Assembly (NCBI RefSeq): GCF_034007205.1
Contig: NZ_JAVERI010000003.1
Location: 179,374-243,373, forward strand
Direction of reading: 5' to 3'
Length of the DNA stretch: 64,000 nt
Source of the DNA: Thiomonas sp.
GTDB lineage: Bacteria > Pseudomonadota > Gammaproteobacteria > Burkholderiales > Burkholderiaceae_C
The translations under genes were made by a program, and so were the position numbers. Positions 1-10,626 of this stretch are shown piece by piece (position 1 is the stretch's first letter; each line of letters starts with the position of its first letter). Under the pieces are notes generated by a model. The model saw nothing but the letters and a program-made list of their open reading frames with translations. It was not told the DNA's origin and searched no databases.

Positions 1-660
1 GGCCCCAACGGGGCGGGAAAGACCACGTTCTTCAATGTCATCACCGGGCTGTATCCGCCGGATTCGGGCGATTTCATCCTGGCGGGCAAGCCTTACAAAC
101 CGGCCGCGGTGCATCAGGTGGCGCGCGAGGGCATTGCGCGCACGTTCCAGAACATCCGCCTGTTCCCGGACATGACGGCGCTGGAAAACGTGATGGTGGG
201 GCGCCACGTGCGCACCAACAGCGCGCTCATCGGCGCGGTGTTTCGCACCCGGCATTTCCGCGAAGAGGAGCAGTCCATCCGTGACCGCGCCCGCGAGCTG
301 CTGGCCTATGTGGGCATCGAGCGGTATGCCGATTTTCGCGCGCGCACGCTGTCGTATGGCGACCAGCGCCGTCTGGAAATCGCCCGCGCCCTGGCGACCG
401 ATCCGCAGTTGCTGGCGCTCGACGAGCCCGCCGCCGGAATGAACGCCACGGAAAAGCTGCAGTTGCGCGAACTGCTCAGCGCGATCCAGAAGGACGGCCG
501 CACCATTCTCATCATCGAACACGATGTGAAGCTGGTCATGGGTCTGTGCGACCGCGTGACCGTGCTCGATTACGGCAAGATCATCGCCGAGGGCGTGCCC
601 GCCGAAGTGCAGAAGAATCCGAAAGTCATCGAAGCCTATCTGGGCGCAGGGGAGCACTGA
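1..660 (+). CDS. livG: Branched-chain amino acid ABC transporter ATP-binding protein LivG (5' end outside window)
   Basis: Frame 1 is open from base 1. It has GPNGAGKTT Walker A, the LSYGDQRRLEIARAL signature and LLALDEPAAGM Walker B, and livF follows 2 nt later. Confidence 0.9.
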   Translation, partial: GPNGAGKTTFFNVITGLYPPDSGDFILAGKPYKPAAVHQVAREGIARTFQNIRLFPDMTALENVMVGRHVRTNSALIGAVFRTRHFREEEQSIRDRARELLAYVGIERYADFRARTLSYGDQRRLEIARALATDPQLLALDEPAAGMNATEKLQLRELLSAIQKDGRTILIIEHDVKLVMGLCDRVTVLDYGKIIAEGVPAEVQKNPKVIEAYLGAGEH

Positions 661-662
661 GC

Positions 663-1376
663 ATGTCCGAAACCGTACTCAAAATCACCGGCCTGCGCGT
701 CTCTTACGGCGGCATCCAGGCGGTCAAGGGGGTTGACCTCGAAGTGCGCAAGGGCGAACTGGTCAGCCTCATCGGCGCCAATGGCGCGGGCAAGACCACT
801 ACCCTCAAGGCCATCACCGGACTGCAGCCCATCACCGACGGCGAAGTGCACTATGCGGGCCGCACCATCAATGGTCAGGGCGCCTACGAGCTGGTACGTC
901 AGGGCCTGTGCATGGTGCCGGAGGGGCGCGGGGTGTTCACCCGCATGACCATCCAGGAAAACCTGCAGATGGGCGCCTACACCCGCAACGACAAGGAGAT
1001 CGACAGCGACATCGACAAGGTCTACGGCATCTTCCCGCGCCTCAAGGAGCGCCGCGACCAGCTCGCCGGCACCATGTCGGGCGGGGAGCAGCAGATGCTG
1101 GCGATGGGCCGGGCGCTGATGAGCCGTCCGCAGGTGCTGTTGCTCGACGAGCCGTCGATGGGGCTGTCGCCCATCATGGTGGACAAGATTTTCGAAGTGG
1201 TCGAAGACATTTCCAGGCAGGGTGTGACCATATTGCTGGTGGAGCAAAATGCCAAGCGCGCGCTCGGTCTGGCCGATCGCGGTTACGTCATGGACTCGGG
1301 TCAGGTCACCATGACCGGCCCGGCCGACGAATTGCTGCACGACCCGCGCGTGCGGGCGGCTTATCTGGGGGAATGA
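663..1376 (+). CDS. livF: Branched-chain amino acid ABC transporter ATP-binding protein LivF
   Basis: ATG at 663 (MSETVLKITGL). Motifs GANGAGKTT, LSGGEQQMLAMGRAL and LLLDEPSMGL. The upstream part of the 546 ORF overlaps livG. Confidence 0.9.
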   Translation: MSETVLKITGLRVSYGGIQAVKGVDLEVRKGELVSLIGANGAGKTTTLKAITGLQPITDGEVHYAGRTINGQGAYELVRQGLCMVPEGRGVFTRMTIQENLQMGAYTRNDKEIDSDIDKVYGIFPRLKERRDQLAGTMSGGEQQMLAMGRALMSRPQVLLLDEPSMGLSPIMVDKIFEVVEDISRQGVTILLVEQNAKRALGLADRGYVMDSGQVTMTGPADELLHDPRVRAAYLGE

Positions 1377-1409
1377 GCGTGGGCGAATGAGCGCTTCGCC
1401 GATCAAAAA

Positions 1410-1440
1410 GGGCCTGAAAAAACAGGCCCTTTTCCTTTTT
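1410..1440. terminator. Rho-independent terminator between convergent genes
   Basis: Hairpin gggcctg-aaaaaa-caggccc followed by ttttccttttt, with an A-run on the other side. Confidence 0.7.
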
Positions 1441-1456
1441 GATGGTGCGCCCGATT

Positions 1457-2488
1457 TCAGGCCTTTGCTCCCGCCTTGTCGGCCTCGGTGGTGAAGGCGT
1501 CGGCGAAAAAGGCGTCTTCTGGAAGCCTGCACTGGCTGGTGAAATCGCGCTGCGCGGCCTCGACCATGACCGGGGCGCCGCAGGCGTAGACCGCATGACC
1601 GGACAGGTCGGGCCAGTCGGCCATCACCGCCTGATGGACCAAGCCGGTGCGCCCGCTCCAGTCGGCGTCCGCTTCGGAGAGCACGGGAATGAAGCGCAGA
1701 CGCGGCATGGCCGCGCATTGCCGCACCGCCCAGTCGTACAGGTAAAGGTCTTGCTGCTTGCGACCGCCCCAGTACAGCGTGACCTCGCGCGAGTCGGCGT
1801 TGGCCTGCATTTGTTCGAGCATGGCCTTGATCGGTGCGAAACCCGTGCCGGAGGCGAGAAAGATGATCGGCTTGTTCTGCGGGTCGTCGCGCAGGAAAAA
1901 GCTGCCGAACGGCCCCTCGATGCGTTGGATCTCCTTCTCTTTCATGGCAGTGAACACATGATCGGTGAACTTGCCGCCCGGCATATGGCGCAGATGCAAC
2001 TCGATCTGCGGCGCTTCGCTCGGTGCGTTGGCCATGGAGTAGCTGCGCCGCGTGCCACCTGGTAGCAGGAACTGGATGTATTGCCCCGCTCGCCAGCGCA
2101 GCGGATCGGCTGCAGGTAGTTGCAGCATGACCCGCACCACATCGGGGGCGAGGTGTTCGATGCGGCTGACCCGGGCCGGCATTTTTTTTACTGCAAACTC
2201 GCCCGCGCCGACCACTTCATGGCTTTCGATCACGACATCGCTGAGCGCCTTGGCGCGGCAGGCGAGAATGAAGCCCTGCGCGCGCTCGGCTTCGCTCAGC
2301 GCCTTGAGTTGGTGCACACCCAGCTCGATCTCGCCCTGGAGCAGCTTGCATTTGCATGCACCGCAGACGCCGTCCTGACAGCCGTAGGGCAGGCCGACCG
2401 ATTGGCGAATCGCGGCTGCGAGCAGGGTTTCATCGCCCTCGGCGGTGTATTGATGGCCGCTGGGCTCAACGGTGACTTGATGACTCAT
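1457..2488 (-). CDS. 2Fe-2S ferredoxin / FNR-type NAD(P)H oxidoreductase (CDP-6-deoxy-delta-3,4-glucoseen reductase-like)
   Basis: N-terminal plant-type 2Fe-2S motif CQDGVCGACKC. This is followed by RRSYSMAN FAD-binding and LASGTGFAPI NAD-binding motifs. Confidence 0.85.
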   Translation of the reverse strand: MSHQVTVEPSGHQYTAEGDETLLAAAIRQSVGLPYGCQDGVCGACKCKLLQGEIELGVHQLKALSEAERAQGFILACRAKALSDVVIESHEVVGAGEFAVKKMPARVSRIEHLAPDVVRVMLQLPAADPLRWRAGQYIQFLLPGGTRRSYSMANAPSEAPQIELHLRHMPGGKFTDHVFTAMKEKEIQRIEGPFGSFFLRDDPQNKPIIFLASGTGFAPIKAMLEQMQANADSREVTLYWGGRKQQDLYLYDWAVRQCAAMPRLRFIPVLSEADADWSGRTGLVHQAVMADWPDLSGHAVYACGAPVMVEAAQRDFTSQCRLPEDAFFADAFTTEADKAGAKA

Positions 2489-2505
2489 GAGAGAACAAGG
2501 ATGAG

Positions 2506-3441
2506 GTGGAAACTGTGAACGATCATTCTGGGCGCGGCCGACCCCGGCTGCTCATCGTGGGCTGTGGCGACATCGGCCTGCGGGTGGCGGCCCTGGCGCG
2601 CGGACGCTACCGCCTGCTGGCGCTGACTTCCTCGCCCCAGCGATTGGAGAGCTTGCGCGCCGCAGGCATCGTGCCCATCGTCGGTCATCTCGACCAGCCC
2701 GAAACCCTGTGGCGTCTCGCCCAGCTTGCCCCCCAGCGGGTGCTGATGCTGGCCCCGCCGGGCGACACGTTTGGCGCGCGCGATCTGCGCAGTCGCCACC
2801 TGATTTCCAGACTGAAACAGTCGGGCATCTTATCTGGCTCCGGGAAAAAAACCTTGCGCGTGGTCTATGCCAGCACGACAGGGGTGTATGGCGATTGCCA
2901 GGGCGAGCAGGCGCCCGAGACGCGCCCATGCCAACCCGAAACCGAGCGCGCACAGCGCCGCTGCGATGCCGAGCGCCAGTGGAGACGCGCGGGCGTGCAG
3001 CACCGCTGGCGCGTGGGTGTGCTGCGCATCCCCGGTATTTACGACGGCGGGGCGCGTTCTCCCCGCGCGCGGCTGGAGTGCGGCCTGCCGGTGCTGACGC
3101 CCGCTGAGGACGTTTATACCAACCACATTCACGCCGATGATCTGGCGCGGCTGTGCCTGCTGGCGCTGGAGCGCGCCTTGCCGGGGCGGGTTTACAACGT
3201 CTGCGACGACAGCACGCTGCGCATGGGAGACTACTTCGATCTCGCCGCCGATCTGTATGGGTTGCCGCGCCCCCCGCGCGTGCCCCGCGCCGAGGCGCAG
3301 GCGGCGGGCTTGAGCCCGATGATGCTCAGTTTCATGCGCGAGTCCAGACGGCTGGACAACACGCGCATGAAAGCCGAGCTCGGCGCCCGCCTGCGCTACC
3401 CCGATGTGGCGCTGGGGCTGCGCGCTGGGCAAGCTCGATAG
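2506..3441 (+). CDS. NAD-dependent epimerase/dehydratase (SDR family)
   Basis: GTG start. Rossmann motif LLIVGCGDIGLRVA. The start codon is uncertain by a few codons. Confidence 0.7.
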   Translation: METVNDHSGRGRPRLLIVGCGDIGLRVAALARGRYRLLALTSSPQRLESLRAAGIVPIVGHLDQPETLWRLAQLAPQRVLMLAPPGDTFGARDLRSRHLISRLKQSGILSGSGKKTLRVVYASTTGVYGDCQGEQAPETRPCQPETERAQRRCDAERQWRRAGVQHRWRVGVLRIPGIYDGGARSPRARLECGLPVLTPAEDVYTNHIHADDLARLCLLALERALPGRVYNVCDDSTLRMGDYFDLAADLYGLPRPPRVPRAEAQAAGLSPMMLSFMRESRRLDNTRMKAELGARLRYPDVALGLRAGQAR

Positions 3442-3442
3442 A

Positions 3443-6430
3443 TCAATGCGTCTGCTGGCTGTTTTCCGGCAGTTGCAGCGTGGGCAGGGGGCGCACGGTT
3501 TCCACCAAGATCAGCGGGCCGTCGTCGAGCCTGGGCGCGGGCTTGCGTTCACGCGGCACATGAATGGGCGCGGGTTGCGCGGCCAATTCTTGCTGCACGC
3601 GGCGGATGGCTTCGGCGTTGGACTGCACCCATTGCAGTCCGGCGGCCTGCACCGTGGACTGCAGGGCTTCGACCGGCAGCACATAGGCGGCAGTCTCCAG
3701 AACCGCCGCGGTTTGGACTGCGGGTGTCGCCCCAGCGGCTTTTTCGACCGCTTCGACGATCAGAAATGAGGATGCAGCCGCCGCGGGTTCGGGCTCGGCT
3801 GCGACGAGCGGCGCTTCTTCGGGTGAAGGAGCGGCGGAAGCAACGACGGGCGCGGGAAGATCGGTCGGCGCTTCGGGCGCGGGAACCGGCGGTGTTCGCT
3901 CTTCCAGCGCGGGCGCAGCGGAGGTTTCCACGGCGCCCAGTGCCAGCGGGGCAGCCAGCGAGCCGAAACTGCGGCCCGTCGTTTCGCCTGCGTCGGTATC
4001 GGCAACGGCCTCGGTCGGTTCGACGCTCGGACTACCGTTTTCGTCGACGGCGGCGCCTTCGCGGCGTCCCCCACGGCGGCCACGACCGCGACGATTGCGC
4101 GATTTGCGCTCAGTCTGCGCTTCGTTGCCCGCGCCTTCGGTCAGCATCGGAGCGGCTTGGGCATCGCCGTCGGCCACGGCCTGGGTTTCGACGGCCTGAG
4201 CGCCGATCCGTTCGGCTTCAGGTGCGGCCTCGACAGGCTCGCGACGCGGACGGCGGCTGCTGCCTCGCCCGTTTGTTGATGCACGTTCGGCGGTATCCGT
4301 GACCCCTTCTTCGGCGGGTACCCGAATTTGATCGGCTGTGGCCTGCGTGCTTTCCTTGCGGGCTGCGGTTTCTTCCGGACTGCGCTCGCGTTTGGCGCGC
4401 TCGGTCTGGCCCCGTTGACCACGAGGCGTCCGGTTGCGTGGGTTGGCACCTTCTTCTGTCACAGGCTCGGCAGCATCGACGCTGCTGGCCGGGGTGCCTC
4501 GTTGCCGGTTTTCACCCTGGCTTTCGCGCTGGCGGTCACGGCCGCCGCGACGGCGGTTGCCGTTCTGGCCGGAAGCCGTGCGCGTTCCGCTGCCGCTTTG
4601 CCCTTGCGCCTTGGTCAGCGCGGGCGTGGCCGGTTGCGCGGCAACCGGGGCCTGTGTTGCGGTGGCTGCGGGTTGAGTTTCGGCAGAAAACAGACGCTTG
4701 ACCCAGCCAAAGAAACCGCCACCAGCCGCGGCGCCCGCAGCAACCGGGGCCGTGCTTGTGGCGATGGCCGGGGCGGGTGCCGGGGCCGGCGTCTTGTCTG
4801 CGGCCGGGGCGGGCATCACCGGGGCCGGGCCTTCCGGAGTGATGCCGCGCACCAGGGCTTCCTGGCGCGGACGCGGCTCTTTTTCACGGCGGGTGATCGC
4901 GGTGTCTTCCTCGATTTCTTCGGCCATCTTGTAGCTGGTGGGCAGATTCTCGAGACGAGGATCGTCGTGCTTGAGGCGTTCGAGCTTGTAGTTGGGCGTG
5001 TCGAGGTGCTTGTTGGGGATCAGCAGTACCGACAGGCGCTGGCGCAGCTCGATCTTGGTGATCTCGGCGCGCTTCTCATTGAGCAGGAAGGAGGCGACTT
5101 CCACCGGCACCTGCACATGCACGGCAGCGGTGCCTTCCTTCATCGCCTCTTCCTGGATGATGCGCAGGATCTGCAGCGCGCTGGACTCGGTATCGCGTAT
5201 ATGGCCGGTGCCATTGCAGCGCGGGCAGGTGACGTAAGCGCCTTCCGACAGGGCGGGGCGCAGGCGCTGGCGCGAGAGTTCGAGCAGGCCGAACTTGGAG
5301 ATCTTGCTCACCTGCACGCGGGCGCGGTCCTGGCGCAGCGCGTCGCGCAGGCGGTCTTCGACGGCGCGCTGGTTGCGCGGCTCTTCCATGTCGATGAAGT
5401 CGACGACGATCAGGCCGCCGAGGTCGCGCAGCCGCATCTGCCGCGCGATCTCGTCGGCGGCTTCGAGGTTGGTGCGTAGCGCCGTTTCTTCGATGGCGTT
5501 GCCGCGGGTGGAGCGCGCGGAGTTGACGTCCACCGCGACCAGCGCCTCGGTGTGGTCGATGACGATGGCCCCGCCCGCGGGCAGATTGACGGTGCGCGAA
5601 TAGGCGGTCTCGATCTGCTGCTCGATCTGGAAACGCGAGAACAGCGGCAGATCATCCCGGTAGCGCTTGACGCGCTCGACCGTGTCGGGCATGACGTGCA
5701 GCATGAACTGCCGCGCCTGCTCGAACACGTCCTCGGTGTCGATCAGGATTTCGCCGATGTCGCTGGTGAAATAGTCGCGGATGGCGCGGATGACCAGCGA
5801 CGATTCCTGGTAGATCAGGAAAGCGCCTTTCTGCGTTTCCGAGGCGTCGCGGATCGCGCTCCACAGCTTGAGCAGATAGTTCAAGTCCCACTGCAGCTCT
5901 TCCGCGCTGCGGCCGATGCCGGCGGTGCGCGCGATCAGGCTCATGCCTTCGGGGTGCTGGAGCTGGTCCATCACCTCGCGCAGTTCCTGACGGTCTTCGC
6001 CCTCGATGCGGCGGCTCACGCCGCCGCCGCGCGGGTTGTTGGGCATGAGCACCAGGTAGCGCCCGGCCAGCGAGATGATGGTGGTCAGCGCAGCGCCCTT
6101 GTTGCCGCGCTCTTCCTTTTCCACCTGCACCAGCATTTCCTGACCCTCGCGGATCACGTCCTGAATGCGGGCCTGCGACGGCGAAACACCCTCCTTGAAA
6201 TACTGCCGCGAGATTTCCTTGAACGGCAGAAAGCCGTGGCGCTCTTCACCGTAGTCGACGAAGCAGGCTTCGAGCGAGGGCTCGACGCGAGTGACGACGG
6301 CCTTGTAGATATTGCCCTTGCGCTGTTCGCGCCCGGCCTGTTCGATATCGATGTCGAGCAGTTTCTGCCCATCGACGATGGCCACGCGCAATTCTTCCGA
6401 CTGCGTGGCGTTGAACAACATGCGTTTCAT
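3443..6430 (-). CDS. rne: Ribonuclease E
   Basis: Start [22 protein letters not shown] at 6430. S1 and catalytic domains are present ([19 protein letters not shown] zinc link). The C-terminal half is long, Arg/Pro/Ala-rich and low-complexity. Confidence 0.95.
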   Translation of the reverse strand: MKRMLFNATQSEELRVAIVDGQKLLDIDIEQAGREQRKGNIYKAVVTRVEPSLEACFVDYGEERHGFLPFKEISRQYFKEGVSPSQARIQDVIREGQEMLVQVEKEERGNKGAALTTIISLAGRYLVLMPNNPRGGGVSRRIEGEDRQELREVMDQLQHPEGMSLIARTAGIGRSAEELQWDLNYLLKLWSAIRDASETQKGAFLIYQESSLVIRAIRDYFTSDIGEILIDTEDVFEQARQFMLHVMPDTVERVKRYRDDLPLFSRFQIEQQIETAYSRTVNLPAGGAIVIDHTEALVAVDVNSARSTRGNAIEETALRTNLEAADEIARQMRLRDLGGLIVVDFIDMEEPRNQRAVEDRLRDALRQDRARVQVSKISKFGLLELSRQRLRPALSEGAYVTCPRCNGTGHIRDTESSALQILRIIQEEAMKEGTAAVHVQVPVEVASFLLNEKRAEITKIELRQRLSVLLIPNKHLDTPNYKLERLKHDDPRLENLPTSYKMAEEIEEDTAITRREKEPRPRQEALVRGITPEGPAPVMPAPAADKTPAPAPAPAIATSTAPVAAGAAAGGGFFGWVKRLFSAETQPAATATQAPVAAQPATPALTKAQGQSGSGTRTASGQNGNRRRGGRDRQRESQGENRQRGTPASSVDAAEPVTEEGANPRNRTPRGQRGQTERAKRERSPEETAARKESTQATADQIRVPAEEGVTDTAERASTNGRGSSRRPRREPVEAAPEAERIGAQAVETQAVADGDAQAAPMLTEGAGNEAQTERKSRNRRGRGRRGGRREGAAVDENGSPSVEPTEAVADTDAGETTGRSFGSLAAPLALGAVETSAAPALEERTPPVPAPEAPTDLPAPVVASAAPSPEEAPLVAAEPEPAAAASSFLIVEAVEKAAGATPAVQTAAVLETAAYVLPVEALQSTVQAAGLQWVQSNAEAIRRVQQELAAQPAPIHVPRERKPAPRLDDGPLILVETVRPLPTLQLPENSQQTH

Positions 6431-6900
6431 TTCAAAGCTCCTGGCCGCATGGCGGCCGATACAAAGCAGGCGCTCAAGGCGCCCCCATGCGTTGACCTCC
6501 GGAGCCAAACCAGGTCGGGTTTGCCGCTGATGCGCAGCACGCCCGGCGGGCAGAATCAGACCGTGCTCATGCAAAAGCCTCCGCCCATCGGTCTGCCTCG
6601 GCGCGCGTCGTCTTTGCGAGGCCGGGCGTTTGGCCTCGGCGTGACGATGCGCCGGCTGTTGCAGCGCTCAGGCGCAACAGCGGGAGAGGAGAGGTTTCGC
6701 GGCAGGTGGGCACAAGCAGATTTCGCCAGCAACGAAAGCACGCAGCGCAGGGTCAGCGCTGAGAGGCGGTCGAGGGCGAAGAGTCGATTCAAGGGTTTCA
6801 GATCCGGGATGGCAAAGCCAGACGGTGGTCGCGGGCGACAAACGCATAGGCGCGACGGCATCATTCAGGCTTTGGGCCAACGCTCATTTCGATGAAGTCT
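6431..6900 (-). promoter_or_regulatory. Long rne 5' leader / divergent rne-rluC control region
   Basis: About 780 bp of non-coding sequence lies between rne and rluC. Long structured rne leaders are typical. The extent given here is a guess. Confidence 0.3.
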
Positions 6901-7212
6901 GTCCGGGTTGCCCCGACGGGAATCGGTTGCGCGGCAAAACGGGGCCGAGTGAAGCTGAATCTAAAATGACAGCCTGGCCAAGGCAGATTCGTCGATTTCG
7001 AGACGGCCCGGATCGGGTGATGTACGCAACCCCGGCTGCAATCGCGATACGAAACAATTGCGACACGAAACAATCGCGGCACGAAAACCTGTCAGGAGGC
7101 AGACTGTCCATTCTTGGCACGTCGCGCCGATGCGGCTTGTCAACTGCACGCAACTTCGCGGAAATATTGCCAAAATTCGTTCTTCCAACTTCACGACTTC
7201 ACGCCTGATTAT

Positions 7213-8202
7213 ATGCACACCGCGCCTTCCCCTCAGGTTCGACTCCTCCAGGTCGGTGACGCAGGTGAAGGGCAGCGGCTGGACAACTTTCTCGCACGTC
7301 ACCTCAAGGGGGTGCCGCGCAGCCATATTCATCGCATCGTGCGCTCGGGCGAAGTCAGGGTCAACGGCGGCCGGGCCCGAGCCGAGCAGAAGCTGCAGTC
7401 CAGCGATCTGGTGCGGATTCCTCCGGTGCGCGTGGCGCAGCCGGATGCACCGCGCAGCGCCCCGGCGCTGCAGTTTCCCATCGTTTTCGAGGATGACCAT
7501 CTGCTGGCGATCAACAAACCCGAAGGCGTGGCGGTACATGGCGGATCGGGGGTGAGCTTCGGGGTGATCGAGGCCCTGCGCGCGGCGCGGCCCACGGCGA
7601 AGTTCCTCGAACTGGTGCACCGGCTCGACCGCGATACTTCCGGCCTGCTGCTCATCGCCAAGAAGCGCAGCGCCCTGACGGCGCTGCACGCCGCGTTGCG
7701 CGAGCGCCATGCCGACAAACGCTACCTCGCGCTGGTCGCCGGGCTGTGGACACGTGGTGCGGTGATGATTGAGGCGCCGCTGCATAAATACCTGCTCGCT
7801 GGCGGTGAGCGGCGCGTGCGCGTGGACGCGCAGCAAGGGCAGGAGTCGCGCACCCAGTTTCGTCTTCAGGAACAGTTTGCGCTGCCCAACCTGGAGCCGT
7901 GGGGTGGGTTGAGCCTGATGCAGGCGCGGCTGCTGACTGGGCGCACCCATCAGATCCGCGTGCATCTGGCGCACTGCGGGCATCCCATCGTCGGCGACGA
8001 CAAATACGGGGATGACAGCCTCAACGCCCTGCTGGCGCGGGGTCAGGCGGGCGTGCCGCCCTTGCGGCGCATGTTTTTGCACGCCGAGTCGCTGGCGATT
8101 GCGCATCCTGCGAGCGGCGAGCGGCTGGAACTGCGCGCGCCCCTGCCTGAGAACTGCGTGCAGTGGCTTCATCGTTTGCGGGCACAATGCGCGCAGTCCT
8201 GA
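7213..8202 (+). CDS. rluC: 23S rRNA pseudouridine synthase RluC
   Basis: S4 domain (RLDNFLARHLKGVPRSHIHRIVRSGEVRVNG), HRLDRDTSGLL catalytic motif, and the conserved divergent position next to rne. Confidence 0.9.
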   Translation: MHTAPSPQVRLLQVGDAGEGQRLDNFLARHLKGVPRSHIHRIVRSGEVRVNGGRARAEQKLQSSDLVRIPPVRVAQPDAPRSAPALQFPIVFEDDHLLAINKPEGVAVHGGSGVSFGVIEALRAARPTAKFLELVHRLDRDTSGLLLIAKKRSALTALHAALRERHADKRYLALVAGLWTRGAVMIEAPLHKYLLAGGERRVRVDAQQGQESRTQFRLQEQFALPNLEPWGGLSLMQARLLTGRTHQIRVHLAHCGHPIVGDDKYGDDSLNALLARGQAGVPPLRRMFLHAESLAIAHPASGERLELRAPLPENCVQWLHRLRAQCAQS

Positions 8203-8225
8203 ACCACTGAATTTCCGCTCGCACC

Positions 8226-8885
8226 ATGCATCGACAGAACTATGACCTGATTGTGTTCGACTGGGACGGCACGCTGATGGATTCCACAGCGGCCATCACC
8301 GGGGCGATCCAGCAGGCTTGCCAAGACCTGGGGCTGACCGTTCCCAGTCGCGAGGCGGCGTCCTACGTCATCGGCCTCGGGCTGGAAGACGCCCTGCGGC
8401 ATGCCGCGCCCGATTTGCCGCCTTCCGACTATCCCAAGCTGGCTGCGGCCTATCGCAAGCACTATTTCGCACTGGACGGTGAGTTGGTGCTGTTCGACGG
8501 GGCGCTGGATTTGCTGCATGAACTCAAATCGGCCGGTTACAACCTGGCGGTGGCCACCGGAAAGTCGCGTATCGGACTGGCACGGGCGATGGACCGGCCC
8601 GAGCTGCGCGGCCTGTTCGACGCCACCCGCACCGCGGATGAGACCTTTTCCAAGCCGCACCCGGCCATGCTGCTTGAGATCATGGCCGAACTCGCCAGCC
8701 CGCCACAGCGCACCGTGATGGTGGGTGACACCACGCACGATCTGCAAATGGCGCTCAATGCGCAGTGCGATGCCATCGGTGTGAGCTACGGCGCACACGA
8801 CGCGGCCCGGCTCGAAACGCTGTCCCCAGCCGGGCTGGTGCATTCTGTCGCGGAATTGCAGGGCTTTCTCACCCAGCACGGGTGA
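8226..8885 (+). CDS. HAD-family hydrolase (phosphoglycolate phosphatase-like)
   Basis: HAD motif I (DLIVFDWDGTLMDS), ATGKS, GDTTHD. Confidence 0.85.
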   Translation: MHRQNYDLIVFDWDGTLMDSTAAITGAIQQACQDLGLTVPSREAASYVIGLGLEDALRHAAPDLPPSDYPKLAAAYRKHYFALDGELVLFDGALDLLHELKSAGYNLAVATGKSRIGLARAMDRPELRGLFDATRTADETFSKPHPAMLLEIMAELASPPQRTVMVGDTTHDLQMALNAQCDAIGVSYGAHDAARLETLSPAGLVHSVAELQGFLTQHG

Positions 8886-8886
8886 T

Positions 8887-8922
8887 CGGGGTTCCGGCGA
8901 TTCGAGCAGCGCCGGAACCCCG
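8887..8922. terminator. Hairpin between convergent genes
   Basis: 13-bp inverted repeat cggggttccggcg / cgccggaaccccg. Confidence 0.55.
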
Positions 8923-8927
8923 GCGGT

Positions 8928-9653
8928 TTACATCTGCGGACGCATCACGTTCGGGATGTTGACCGCAGGCGTTTGCACCGACGGCACGTTCACACTCGGG
9001 GTGTTCACCACCGGCACGCTGATCGCTGGCGTCTGTACCGACGGGACGTTCACGCTGGGGGTGTTGATTGCCGGGATGTTGACCGCAGGCGTTTGCACCG
9101 ACGGCACGTTCACACTCGGGGTGTTCACCACCGGCACGCTGATCGCTGGCGTCTGCACCGACGGCACGTTCACGCTGGGGGTGTTGACTGCGGGCACAGT
9201 GATCGCAGGTGTGACCGTGGAGGGTACGTTGACGGCGGGAGCCTGGGCCGAGGGGATTTGCGCAGCGGTTTGCGCGCCCTGGTTCTGGGTCGATGTATTC
9301 ACCTGACTCGGAGCGCCTGTACGGGTCTGCACCGTATTGCGTTGTTGCACCTCATGACGCGATTGCGCGCCAGTAGCCTCTATGGAGGAAGTCTGCACGG
9401 CGTTTCCAGAGCCTGTGCCGCTCTGTACCGAGGTGCGGGTCTGCGCCGAAGTCGAGGTATTGGCGGTACCTGCCGAGGTCGTGGCATTTGTCTTGGTTTG
9501 GGTCTGCGAATCGATCGTGCGCGTCGTGGCGGTGGTCAGAGTTTGTCCGTCCTGCGCGGCGCTTACGGCGGTTTGCGCGTAGGCGAGTCCGATGGACAGC
9601 GAAGCGGCTGCAATGGCAGCGGACAGAATGGTGAGGGTACGGGTCTTGGACAT
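8928..9653 (-). CDS. Secreted Thr/Ser/Gln-rich protein with C-terminal P/V/S/T repeats
   Basis: Signal peptide MSKTRTLTILSAAIAAASLSIGLAYA. C-terminal 20-aa repeats VNTPSVNVPSVQTPAISVP. Confidence 0.7.
   Translation of the reverse strand: MSKTRTLTILSAAIAAASLSIGLAYAQTAVSAAQDGQTLTTATTRTIDSQTQTKTNATTSAGTANTSTSAQTRTSVQSGTGSGNAVQTSSIEATGAQSRHEVQQRNTVQTRTGAPSQVNTSTQNQGAQTAAQIPSAQAPAVNVPSTVTPAITVPAVNTPSVNVPSVQTPAISVPVVNTPSVNVPSVQTPAVNIPAINTPSVNVPSVQTPAISVPVVNTPSVNVPSVQTPAVNIPNVMRPQM
8953..9192. repeat. Two tandem 120-bp copies (each made of 2 x 60 bp) inside the CDS
   Basis: 8953-9072 and 9073-9192 differ at about 4-5 positions. Confidence 0.9.
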
Positions 9654-9780
9654 GATGTTCTCCTGAAAGAGAGGGTGGGTTGCTTCACGCTAGTGGGAAA
9701 AATTACTACAAGCGCTTGGGTCTATAATAGTGGCAAAATTTCCCACGTCAACTGCACCCGCATCGTTTTATCCTGTGTCC

Positions 9781-10626
9781 ATGTCCGACGCTCTCAAATC
9801 CGCCGCGCTGTCCATCCTGCGGCCCTTCGTGCGCTATCTCATCACGCAGGGCTGGACTTATGGCGCTCTGGCCGAACTGCTCAAATTTGTCTATGTGGGC
9901 GAAGTCATCGCGCTCGACCAGCGCGAGGGCAAACCCGTACCGACAGACAGCCGGGTGAGCCTGCTCAGCGGCATCCATCGCAAGGAAGTGCGGCGTCTGC
10001 GCGAGGAATTGCAGGGCGGATCGGGTGAGATCGCTCTGCGGCATGGCGCCAATATGTCGGCGCAGGTCGTGGCCGCCTGGGTGGCCTGCGAGGCTTATCG
10101 AGATGCGCAGGGCGCGCCGCGCGATCTGCCCCTGCGGGCGGCGGATGAGGCAGTCAGCTTCGAAAAACTGGTGCGGCTGGTCAAGGCGGACATGCGCCCG
10201 CGTACCGTGCTCGATGAACTGCTGCGCGCCGGCGTCGTGGCGCAGCAGGATGACGTGGTGAAGCTGGTGCGCAGCGGCTATGTCTCCGATCTGCCCGAGG
10301 ACAGACTGGCCTTCATGGGCGCGCACATCGGCGATCATTTGCGCGCCACGGTGCACAACCTGGAGGGAAGAACGCCTGCCTTTCTGGAGCAATCGGTGTA
10401 TTTCGACCATCTGCCGCCTGCCGTGCCGGACGAGGTGCGCGGCGATCTGCGGCAACTTGGCGAGGAGGTGTTGCAGGAGGCTTATCAACGCATTGCGCGG
10501 GCCGAAAAAGCCGCGCAGTCTGATCTGTCCACGGCGCCGGAAACCCGCAGCAAACGCCTGCGCCTCGGGGTTTATTACTACGAAGACGACATGCCCGCAG
10601 ACCCTTCGGACGGAGCGAAGCAATGA
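9781..10626 (+). CDS. Conserved hypothetical protein (possibly DUF6502-type)
   Basis: ATG at 9781 is preferred over GTG at 9730 because TATAAT sits at 9724-9729. The stop overlaps the next start (ATGA at 10623). Confidence 0.6.
   Translation: MSDALKSAALSILRPFVRYLITQGWTYGALAELLKFVYVGEVIALDQREGKPVPTDSRVSLLSGIHRKEVRRLREELQGGSGEIALRHGANMSAQVVAAWVACEAYRDAQGAPRDLPLRAADEAVSFEKLVRLVKADMRPRTVLDELLRAGVVAQQDDVVKLVRSGYVSDLPEDRLAFMGAHIGDHLRATVHNLEGRTPAFLEQSVYFDHLPPAVPDEVRGDLRQLGEEVLQEAYQRIARAEKAAQSDLSTAPETRSKRLRLGVYYYEDDMPADPSDGAKQ

Noticed and set aside
636-1718. A 360-aa ORF antisense to livF. Similar very long antisense or out-of-frame ORFs occur at 25563-26867, 27165-28661, 37102-39027, 46740-48188 and 52367-53719.
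   Set aside because: These are typical high-GC shadow ORFs. They are Arg/Ala/Gly/His-rich with no motifs, and each lies opposite a gene with unambiguous conserved motifs.
8953-9192. Regular repeats that could be mistaken for a CRISPR array.
   Set aside because: The repeats are contiguous with no unique spacers. They lie in frame inside a CDS and translate to a peptide repeat.
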